A stretch of 64,000 nucleotides of DNA, from the NCBI GenBank assembly GCA_977030845.1, contig OZ365116.1, positions 14,136,001 through 14,200,000 on the forward strand, in the 5' to 3' direction. A model generated the notes under the pieces. It ran no database searches. It was given only the letters and a program-made list of their open reading frames with translations, and was not told the origin of the DNA. The DNA comes from Fimbriosthenelais zetlandica (lineage: Eukaryota). Positions 52,462 through 64,000 of this stretch are shown piece by piece. Position 1 is the first letter of the stretch, and each line of letters opens with the position of its first letter. Made by a program: the position numbers and the translations under genes.

Positions 52462-55400
52462 CTGAAAGGAGACAAAATGAGAAAGGATTAATGGATGTAG
52501 TTCTGGCCTATCTTTGACATTTCATATCGACACAATCACACACATAAGGATGATAAGGGAAAGTTTGATTCAATATTTCATGACTAATCATTATTTCGAC
52601 CTAGAATTCCATTAAAGAATCCCGCAACCTAAAGCATCAGACCTTATTTTTCTTCCTCTATAAAAGGTTTATCGATGCAAAAATCAGAGGCATATCAAAC
52701 GTGAACAATAGACATTTATCATAGAAATACCTATATATACGTAAACATTGATGGCATTGAAGGATAATTCATGAGCAACTAATGGAGCAGAAATTGCTGT
52801 TAATGGCTCTTATATGGCTCTCCAATGCAGTATGATACATCAGTGTTTTTCTGTCCTTCTGTCTGCTCTTTGCGGAATAAGGGTAGATATCAAAACTAGC
52901 AAGTGTTGGTTCCTAAATGTAGAACTCATTATATGGACCAGTAACATGTTCAGAGCTATAAAATACTGCAAAAATACATGTATCAGTAATAGGCTTGACC
53001 AAACTACATAAAGGGTTATTCCTTATAGCAACAAGTATAGCAAACTTCTTCTCTACTCGTTGCCTATAGTGACTCCCTCCATGCCCTCAAAAGACATCAA
53101 GTGTTTGGATCAAGTTTTGCAATGAATCCTTTCAAAATTTAGATGTGTTCCCTCAGTGATAAGAGCAGGTATATTGTGTGAATAATAATTCATGTGGAGG
53201 TGAATTCAAGCAGACCTGGAGCGGGTATGTTCATGAATATTGATCCTCTAAAGCATATTAATGCGCAGATACTGATACAATGTTATGGTTTAATTGATGA
53301 GCTTCTATTGATGTAAACTTTGGAAAAGCAGTGACGTAAGGCCAGCTGGTGCCAGACAAAAAAATAACAGCCAGCGAAAATTGAACTAGAAACAAATGCC
53401 TTTGATGTTGATCGCATGAGAATCAGCAAACATAAGCAACTTCAATATCGCTGGCCAAAAAATAAGACGAAGGATAAAACTGAGATGTAGAAGAGAGGGG
53501 AAGATTGAGAAGATGTTCTCCCGGGGCTGAGTCTTGTTAAACAAGCAAAATTGTGTTCATTATTCTCATTGAGGCTACAGCGGATATAGAGGCTTACTTT
53601 CAAAGGTGGACCCATCATATAAGAGTTGAAAAAACCTCCATCATCCAAGCTCATATCCGTCTTCATGTACACATACTTTGATCATATTAATTTTACATCA
53701 AGAAACCCAGTCCACTCCGGGCATGTCTGATAAAACCTCAGAGATATGAATGTAATGCTAGAGCAATTTACAAATGCAAATCCCCTGTTAGACTTTTTCC
53801 AACATGGTGAAGTGACTTTTTGGGGAGATGAATCCTTTCTCCACCGTCCGACCAAATATCGGGAATGATGTGTATTTCCATGTAGCGGTGGCAAGTAGCA
53901 GGGGGTCTTGAATGGAGATAAAACAAAACATTCATCTTGTTTGCTACAAAGCTGAGTGATAATAGGGGGAGTTGTGGTGCTTGTCGGTGTAGCTTTTAGT
54001 TCTAATTGGTGCTGGTAGTTCTGTGAATGATGAATTACATCACTAGTGCATTCCATTATTCGCTTCACTACCATCACATTCTCTCACCCCCAAAACCGCC
54101 CTCTTCAAGTCCATTATTCCAATCCCGCACTTATTTTCAAGAGTTGATTTAAAAAAACCAGTCTAATTCTGACGTGATGAGGTAGGATTTTTAAAGCCAG
54201 TATTCACAGACAATACTTGCACGGCTCATTATCCCACACCCCGCTTGCCATGAACCCAGCTCACTACATTTTCATCACTTATTTTTTACAAGCGTAAAAT
54301 CATGGGATGGCATGAAAATCACACTGGCTGAATAGAAAGATGGATAATTGTGGCTGGAAAAATGGTGAATTAGTAAAACAAAATAGGAGATAATCAGGTT
54401 TGGGATCGGCTGGGGGTGACGGAGCGTGTCGAGGCTTGTCTCACATTGATTATGATGAAGGAGATTGTGATTAATTTAGATGAGATTTTTGTGTGGAGCG
54501 TGGATGAGTGGCAGCCACAAGGCCTGTGTATATGGAAATGTTGTGTGACAGGGGGTTTGATGGATCGGACGGAGCATCGATATCGCATATGTAAAGCCTT
54601 CTGTAAAAAGTGTGAATTGGGCAGTTAGTAGATGAATTGAGGACTCTTACTGCCTGTAAGCAGGCATTCATCAAGCTTGGCCTACATACAGATTGATCAC
54701 ATCATTATTCACCATAGACTAAAGGCGTGGAAACTAAAAAAAAACACCCAGATCACATGATGAATATTACATGTGTATCCTAGAAAACCCGATCAACAGG
54801 ATCGACTAAAAGTTACCCATGTGCCAATACAGTACCTATATGAGAACTAAACCCCAAATAATGGCTATGATAATAAGAAAATGACTTTAGATAAATGGTT
54901 AAAATATATAAAGATGAAGAAGACTGGGCAATGATGAGCTAGTAAGGTAGAATATCCTTGTTAACTTTCAGCAGAGGTGCTCAGCAGCTAAGATGGAGAG
55001 GGAGTGGGGTCAGAATACTGGCGCCAAAAGAGCCACTCTAAGCTGGGCGGATTGAAGGTTAGCACCCTGTACATGGGTAAATGGCCACTGACCATGTGAG
55101 AATCATGTGGCCGGTCCTCCCAATGAGGACAGAGCTGACCATCAAGTGGGCACACTATTACTTATAGCTAATGTACGGTTTGTGTACCGAGTGACCAAGT
55201 GGGTGGAAATGGGTGAAGGCAACTACTACCTATAAAAGGTCTCTACCAAGGACAATCATTCATATTATAAGGTCATATAAATTCTCATCAAATATTTCTG
55301 CTAAAATAATTTCATCAAGAACAGGATTAAAATTTAGGGAAAAAATGTAGAAAACTGATGGAGGTAGCATCTATGTTGGCCATCAATATCCAGCTAGGTC

Positions 55401-58072
55401 TCTTCCCTGCTGTGAGCGTGTCCTGCAGGCAGGCTTGACCAGTGGTCAATAGGTTGTATTTAAGGTGGATGATGAGGTGGATGGTCCATCAGCTGGTCAG
55501 TCTATGGTCCAGTCTCAGGCTATCAGTGACCGTTATTGACCTATAAGAGGGCGGTGATGTCTGATCACGGAATGCTTGATGGGATGCCAGGCCACGAGAA
55601 CATCAACATATATAGATTCTACTGCCATATACTATAAGACCAGTGAGGGGTGCCAAAACTGACAGGGGTGACCACTGGAAGGACGGAGAGTATACGTGAG
55701 AGATGGGGGGGAAATATGGTCAGTTAGGGCTACTACCAATGACCATCATAAAGGCTTTCATCGAAATCCACCACTCCCATTGAGTAAGGAGTAATAATTT
55801 GTATGTCCATATTAGCTTAGTTATGTCATTTTCAGCGACTTCTCCCACTAAATATTTTGCCAAAAATGTCGAGTTAAAAACGAGTTCCTTTTTAATCCTA
55901 GATGTTCAATATCTGAAAGAACTCACAGGATTACTGTCAGAGTTTTAATGTTGGGAACAGACGGCTCTGTCTTCGTTCATTAATGGCCATGATTGTATCT
56001 GCAAATGTGCACTTTCTGAGTATTTCTCATAAGAGAGCAAAGTGTTTGAATATGGAATTCGTGGGAAAAACAAAGTGATTATACATCATTATGTATAGGG
56101 AAGAGGACAGGGCATGGGAAGCGTGGGATGTAGACAAACGACAATGCCTGAAGATCCGAAAAGAAGATGCTGAAAGATTCCCATGGCTTACAGTTCATCG
56201 ACCTCTATGGAAACTAAACGTGTAATGTCAGGTCTGTGTATAGAATAAAACAAAGCTGAAGGTCTATGACATTCTACAGGGGTAGATGAACAATGAATGG
56301 CATTTGATTCATGTGGGTTGACAAAGAAATGGCCCTCACTTCTTCTGTTGGCATTAGCTTTGGGAACATATCTCCACCTCAGATTGTGGCTCCTGAGAAT
56401 TTATGCGTACACAGATTTCTTACTAGAGGGGGAAATTCAACGAGGAATTGTTCTCAGTCATAAGAAATGCTATATTTGCAGCAGTGAAGGTGGAAGAGAC
56501 ATCCAGCCATCGGAATCCAAAGCAGAACATCTTTATGGACCACCTTTGGTCAGAATTGAGACATTTGGTGATTGATGGGAGTCCATGCTCTAACTGGCTG
56601 CTACATCCACAAAGAGCTCACAAGATCAAATTCACCAGAAGCTGCCATCAAAGCTCGGGACTATAAACCCAGTGCCATCAGCGGTTGGAAGAGGCAGGCT
56701 GATTTGTAGAGCATGTTTTTGTTGTTTATGATCAAGGCTGGTGATTTATCTCCAGCATAGAGAACCAAAGGCTTCGGTCAATACATGTAAATGTTCACTT
56801 TGACCCGCTCAATCATCAGGCGAGCAGCTTGTCTGCCTGAGAGTCCCTCTAGTCTGTCAGAGTAGACAGAACTCTGGAAACTCAATACATTTTTTTTGCT
56901 CGGGCCCTCAGGGAACCAGTCCGATTTTACCTCAAAGATTCATGCCACCAATCCCAGGCTCTTGCTCCTCCTATTTTTCTGGATTCCGTCTTAACCTACC
57001 CCTTGAACATATATACCTTCCACTGGTAGCCAGGTCTGTGGTATAAAAGAAGGCTACTCAATGACGTTCAAGCACTAAAGCCCAGTCCCCACATAAGGTA
57101 TTGATCTGGGGCATAAGTGACTTGGCGCAAACAGCTAGAGGACCAAATTGTGGATGACAGGGGATGAAATACAAGACATCAGGGTAAACCTGGTGCTTTA
57201 TGTATATTGGCATATCATGCCAAATATACTAGAGGATGGGCTGCTACCAAGGCATCCCTAATCAGTTTGGTAATTTAGGACAAGTTCCCTTATGGACATA
57301 CGTTAGATAATTTTCATACATTTTCGCGGTATGACAAAGTTGGATATACTAAATTTGCCGCTGAGAAATGTGGTCTGCTCAAGAGCTAAACATCAAGTAC
57401 TGGCCTACTGTAACCATCCCGCCATCATCAAAGCCATAACTCTTGATGACTAAGGCAGAGGAGACAGGTGACAATGGCTGCAACTATTAACAATGATGGT
57501 GCTATAATAGGCCAATAACGGCCTGAAAGAGGCCCCAACCCTGAGGGGGCAGAGCCAGCCTACTTCCCTCTAATGATAAACAATACATCACACATTCAAC
57601 CAGGGATTTAGCTGGTGACAGGCACATGTATCGATAACATTCTATCATCAAGCTCCGTGATTATCATGAAAAATGTTACAGTGGGGTATCTATGCATAAG
57701 ATTGGCTTCTTAGTGACAAGCATACCTCAGGCTTTTTGCATAGCAAAAATAGGCAAGATCAGTGATAGATTTTAAGCAGTTCATAACAAATCGCATGAAA
57801 GTCTCCTTGAGAAACGCTATCTCAGAAAAAATACTCAGTAACATCGCAAAGACCAGGTGTTGTGAAGCAGTAGAATTAACTCTAGCTTCACCTCTAGTGA
57901 AATAACTTTAGATCAACACGTTTAATACCTGAGCAGAGTAAAAATGACAGTAAAGGTGGGGCAGCACTAACTGGTCTTAACAGCTAGCTGATTTATGATG
58001 ACCACGGTAATAGGCTCTAGTTAGGCTGGAGTGTCAGGGGGATCCTGTCCCAACCCATTACTAGCTAATTCA

Positions 58073-58085
58073 GGGTCAAAGGTCA
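58073..58085 (+). promoter_or_regulatory. DR1 element
   Basis: GGGTCA-a-AGGTCA. Confidence 0.35.
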
Positions 58086-61000
58086 TCGAAAGCCAATCAG
58101 AGCTTTTAATTTATCCCGCGTGACTGCCATTCTTATTCTGAGTACAGGCAGGGATCATCAAGAGGAAATAAACGGGGCTTCGGGATCTTCCTCGCCACCT
58201 CTGTCTGACCTTAGACTTGGACAGTCTACGATGAAGGTCGCCGAAATTTCAGAGTCAGTTGGTTTATTCTCCTTTAAGGACATTGTAAAGCTCTATGTTT
58301 TTTTTGTAACATCGAACATCCTAATCCGATTTGAACCGCATCACAGTGTCAGAAAATCACCGCCAGGAAAGAGCAGGCAGCAGTTTTTTGTCATTCTGCG
58401 CCAACAAAGTGAGGTAGGTGTGACCAGCCTTTCTGTGGTGTTGGTCATTCTGCCCCAAGGACCCAGAGCGGCCATCAAGCAGTACATCTCTAAAGCTAAA
58501 TGACCACATCAAGATGTCCACTTTGGTCGGTCACCAGCTTTTGCCACACCCTGCCCTGAAATGGACATCACTTTGGCGGTCGACATCACCCTTCATCTCC
58601 TGGGCGCCGGTCAAGCCATAACTGACCAATCATGGCTAGTAATGATGGTCACATGGGTGTGAGCAAAGAGGGGGGCATAAAGGATCCATCTGTTAATGCT
58701 GTCCACTCCCTTTTAAACCATTTTCTCTGCTCAAATCACAATCAATTTCAAAACCTTTCTTGACAACAGCATCAAAAATAAAGGTCCTTATGGCCTGCCA
58801 TTTTAAAGACACAGACACATAATCATTTTAGAGTTTTTTGTACGCGTCAGAAGACCTCCTCCAGCGTCCCTGCTGCCTCCAGTGCTTCCCTCGCTGCCAG
58901 CAATCCTTCAATATCCCATGGTCAGTGCCGCAAGCCATCAATGTGTATGATTTAACAATATCGGCGGCTTGTGAGGCAGTGGGAGGATCCGGGCAATGCG
59001 GTCAAGGATCGTCCCTAACAAGCTGTGCTATCATACCACCTCCACCCCACTTATCTCACAGCAATGGCTGACCTGGAGTAGTGGAGCTTGACCTTGTCAC
59101 CAGGGGATATGGTCGCCATGGGAATAAAACACTTTAGAGGTGGAGTTGATGGACTCCCGGGGGGAGGGGTGGACACACTGCTTCAGATAGCCTTACAGGA
59201 TCCCCAGACATTCCCCAGAAATCAACCTCTGGATTTTTTTCAGCAGTTCATCGGATACAGCATTAAGATCATGAATGTCCAGCTAGAGTTCACTCCGTTT
59301 CTTTAATGGCATTTCAAAGCGTCTACACTCTTGTTATGCTCAAGATGCACATTATTGGTCTATCCTAGCAAGCTGCAAGCAGGGACCGTGGCAGGCTAGG
59401 TCAAGCTAGACATAGATCAAAGCAATGGGAAGCTGTTGGAATCCTGGTCAGCCACTTGTTGGCAGGTCTATGAGGGAGTGTAAGCCACTCATCATGGCCT
59501 TCACAGCCACTAACTGTTACTGGTCATCTCTAAACTCACTCATTACAATTCACCCAGCCACCCTACACAGTACCATCTACCTACTACCCGTCTCTCACCA
59601 CCCCAAACACCATCCATTAACAATTATATTATCACACCCAAAACACCATCCACTTCATAAATTATCACACTTCTTCAGATATTCTCCCCTTAACTGTTGC
59701 TTCCCAGACTGGTTTAACAATTCAAAAAATTGTTCCAACACTCATGGAGAAGTGGGGCAATGGAACATGGAAATAACTCGATTTAGTTCATGAAAGTTTT
59801 AGCAAATGAATGGAGACTATGATCTAGGATTAGGGTCTATGAACCCTTGATGAAGATTACTATAAATTACATGAAATGAATTATCTGATATGTCTGGGAG
59901 GTCGAGACGTCAGCAGCAGGAAGCCATCCATATCGTAGTTCCATTTCATGGTTGTGTGGATGGCCACAGGGTGCGGTATCCGTCACTGTCTGTGTTATAA
60001 GTGACCCGCAGATGGCTGGACTGGTGGCTGGTTGATAGGAAGGACAATAGAGGTGACATACACTCATAAATTACTATACATACTCGATGCTACCGACACA
60101 TAAAAACCGAGGGAAAATCTATTGATTTCATGAATTATTATGACCCTTTCCCTGGTAGAGATATATCAGTTGGGAACATCTCCCATTCGCAACAAGTGCG
60201 AAAAGTGGAGTGGGAGGAGAGACTTGAGAATTTTCCAGATATTTCCGCGAAAAAGGGAATCAATATTTATAGCTTGCCACCTCTATGTTATGTATTGGTT
60301 GAATCCCTGTCGACAGCCGCACACATTTATAGAGAAGCTGCTGTTTCCACAAATCCCCGCAAAGACCTTATTAATGCACACGGTCGCCATTTTGAAATAG
60401 GAAATTTAAAATCTCATTACTATGTGATCCCTGGGGTAAAGGTATAATTAAAGGAGTGATTATGTTAACTGTAGGGGCAGAACGAGTCTGCTCAGCTCCT
60501 CCCAACAATCACATCACTTCCGTTTGCAATAATGAGATTCTATATGTGATATGTTGGCCACCAACGCTAACTGCTGAATAGAAATTCAGCCATTATGGAT
60601 AAATTAAGAGACAATGGGCTATAAAAATGGACGAGGAGAATGTGTTGAAGCTTGCATACCTGTCTCGTCTAATATCTACTATGGTGAGGGTGTGGGACAT
60701 TAAGTATTCATGGATGTGTATTTTGATGGTGTTTTGATACTGGCTGGAGGGTATAGTAAGTCACCCTATCCCACTCCTGAGACTTGCCCTACATATAAAG
60801 CATCGCCACATTTCTATAGCATAGACAGGCTTCATTATTCATACTCATCCTATAGTAATAACACTAATCTTATCAATCAATTTCCCAAGTCCAATTGACA
60901 GCTCCTAGAGTGGGTTGTATTTTCCCAAATGACATATTTTTTTTCAGAGCTTTCCCGGGGTATACCTTCAACCTAATGTTCATTAAATCCTTACAACTAC

Positions 61001-64000
61001 TTCATATTCACTGGGATCTGATCGACTTGGCATAGGAATTAGAAGTTCTTGTAACTTGAAAGAAAACATGAATACTTAAAGTAAAACAGGGAAAACTTGG
61101 CACCTGAGCGAATGTAGAGCTCATGACAGATGCTCGTTATGCTCAACCTTGACTTCTGCGTCCTCATGCAGGGAGCAACTCGAGCTCCCAACGTGATCGC
61201 CATCATGATAAAAAAAACTTAAACGTGAAAAATGTTTAGTGTCATCTAAATCACAGCAAGTGGCTATGGAATGGGTGAGGATGCATTACCTTAAATCATG
61301 CTCCATCACCGTTACGGTTTTGGTATTGTGCTGTGGTATTTGACACAGTGTCATTGGCTCTATTCTTATTCATTTTACTGCCCATAAAGGGGAGATAAAA
61401 CTACAGCGTTGCCAAGCAATCAAGAGCATGCTAAACAAAAAATACACAGGAATTATTCATGATTATTTTAGCTCTCTAAGGGATAAAAGCTATTCTAATC
61501 ATTCAGGAAAAACTCAAAGTTCATTCTTTGGAGCTTTGGAATTGATAATTGGGACTTTCCTTTTATATATACTCTTAATTGTTCATTCGAAAATAGCTTC
61601 TTAGTGTAATGAAAAATCAAATGTTTGAATCGTTTTTCCTTCATGTTGAACAAATCACTACCCAAGTGAAGGCCTTGAAGCTTTCAGGTGTTAAGAGGTC
61701 TATAGATATTAACGAGCGATCAAAGGCGAACAGACACATTGACTGGAGGCTTGATAACAGCCACCACCCACATATCATCAATCCTCACATCCTTATATCC
61801 CTTTTAGAGTTATAAATTCACAAGGCTTTTAACCACTAAGCCCTTCATATAGCACCAGATTACTGCAACACAAAAGGCAACACCAGAGGCCACTCTTACC
61901 CCTCGCTTCTACCTTCCCAGCATCATTTGTCTCAATCCACTCTATCAAGATTGAAACATTACAGCCTTCATACCTCTCCAATTGAATTAACACATGAACT
62001 CTGTATTTCTCTGTAACATGGCTTCGGTGGTATTTACTTAACGCGTTTATATTTCTAAATGCCAGTGATTTGTAAGAGTGAGAAGTCGGAAGGTGTGTGG
62101 GAGCGGATGCTGGCAGGGCCGGTGAATGCAGGTTCCATGTTGTCTCGAGGTATTAAGAGCACGATATTAGGAGCTGCTCTTTGAGGGTGAGCAGTTTAAA
62201 TTGAGAGACAAGGCAAATCACTTACAGCCACACAGGAGCAGGTAATGTGTTGGTGTGCTGGAGGCGAGGGCCCAGCAATAAAGGCTGATCTATGGTAACT
62301 GAGAATAACATGTAGAGATTTATGATGGACTTAAAACTGCACACGGTGGAAGGCTTGAAATGTCATGGGAGCAGCAGGCTGCATACAAGGGAAACAGGAA
62401 CCCGGCCCAGGCCAGGTGAGGGGGACATTGCAAAGTTCAGGTCATACACTTTGGGGAAAGCTTTTCACCCATAAACAAAGGTACAAATCTTCATATTATT
62501 AGGGAAGGGCTCCTAGGAACTCAACAATATTCCCCACATATGTGATAGAACCTTCCTTATTTCCCTATTTAGCTTCTGCTGTCGACTATCGCAATGGTAT
62601 GGAGATCTCATACAAGAGCTTGGCAGGATAACTATCGCAACATATATATCTGCAGCACAGCTTTAAGCTCTTAGATGCCTACTTAAGCAACCCATACTGC
62701 CTCTCTAATACATCCTCTTGACAGATATAGACCGACAGCAAATCCCAACAACACAAAACCGGCGCTGTCATTCCAACAAAGGCGCGGTCTTCATGCCGCC
62801 TAACAAACAGCCTATTGGATTAACAATTCTCCAAGTCGCTCAGCCTCCATCACTTAAAATAACCAACTTCCGGTGTGAAAACGAGGCTCTCAGACATGGG
62901 CGGGCTTCAGATGGAGGCCCATTCATGAATGGTGACAGATTTAAATCTGTTTATGAATGCTGCTCGGGCTTAATTTCCCCCCTAGTCTTACGCCACCCTT
63001 ACCAAGACTGATCACTCTCTCCATTCCTCCGTCTGTCACCATGCCAACCCGCTCTCTACCCCCCTAATGCCCTAATCATGTCTGCCTTATTAGATTTTGG
63101 CCTAATTCGGTAATTTTTCAGTGGTTTTATTACCATGTCAGGCGTGTTTGAAGTGCTAGAAGTGTAGGGAGGCAGCCTTCTGTTGTAGGAATGCTTTGTT
63201 AGTGCAAGTCCTCAAATACACGCACAGTATGGGTGCACAACAAATAATTATACGGACCCCAAAGCATATCTCACAATTGTACTGTGTTTCAGTGAAGTGA
63301 TTGGTAAAGAGCATGCAATATTTCGTCTATTTCATAGAAAAATATATTGGAGGCAGTAATAAATTTATTTTTCAGAATTCAGGGAATATTGCTTCAATTC
63401 AATAAATGGGTCAATTTTTCATGGGAATGTGTTCAACACTCTATGCACACTCACGTTGTCAACGCCGAGTGCGCGCCCATATAGGAATGACATCATCATA
63501 AGCCCGCTTTAATCAATACCTCATGCCTTTCATTGCTCCCATCTTTGTGTAATGTTTCACAGTCAATTTCCAAACAGAGTATTTGCCCAGTCATACCTCG
63601 AACAATGCCTGTTTGACTATCAACTTTCCAAACTCCAAACAGCTTTATACCAGAAGCATTTAGGATGTGAGAGGGGTAGACGGGGAATAATGGAAGCAGT
63701 GTGAACGAGAATGTTTACTCTCAATTTTCCTATTCACAATCACTTCTTGCTTAGCATCATCTTAAATATCAGACCAAGTAATGATGTAAAAGTAATTATT
63801 GAATAAATAACCTGCACTAGTTGGGGAGAAGTACATTACTAATCTCAATTGAAATGTTTGTGGCATGGGGTCTTAATGCATATGAAAATGTTCCACTTCC
63901 CTCTGGAACAGGCACAAGTTACAGAGTAGAACCCTGTCACAATATGTGCCTGTTTTTACAGTTAGTCATTTCCTAGAAATTCCGGGGACAATAGTCACAT

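Noticed and set aside
55927-55998. Exon-like segment with good acceptor and gtgagt donor
   Set aside because: Stop codons in all three frames; at most a non-coding exon, unsupported.
60660-60700. Possible first coding exon MSHTLTIVDIRRD with phase-2 donor AG|gtatgc fitting exon 52461
   Set aside because: A 1-in-3 phase match and a common donor motif are not enough; the true 5' exons may lie beyond the window.

Overview
AT-rich animal genomic DNA with spliceosomal introns; it looks like an invertebrate deuterostome, but the organism cannot be fixed from sequence alone. The main feature is a minus-strand, multi-exon SASH1/SAMSN1 (SLy-family) adaptor gene. I reconstructed nine phase-compatible exons by hand, from 52461 down to the stop at 24624 (about 1000 codons); the 5' end is unresolved. 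It has the SASH1 N-terminal motif (ASQITMPDEERIELMLLVKEG), a SLy-like motif (GSGDSLRDQLKG) and a clear SAM domain, but no SH3 domain at the position where this family has one. A probable ~2 kb 3' UTR ends at a palindromic poly(A) element near 22640. A cluster of small canonical exons of unknown affiliation follows (21964-22528). The first 4.8 kb is repeat-derived: an 81-bp tandem repeat, a degenerate fold-back palindrome, a tRNA-derived SINE-like head, two CTCF-consensus motifs and a ~400-bp-unit satellite array with mosaic subtypes. The rest is intronic or intergenic, with a striking excess of nuclear-receptor DR1/half-site motifs and a few CRE, NRF1 and CTCF motifs. Most short ORFs in the track are not real genes. 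No CRISPR, rRNA or intact transposase/RT was seen. All alignments were done by eye; no database search was run.
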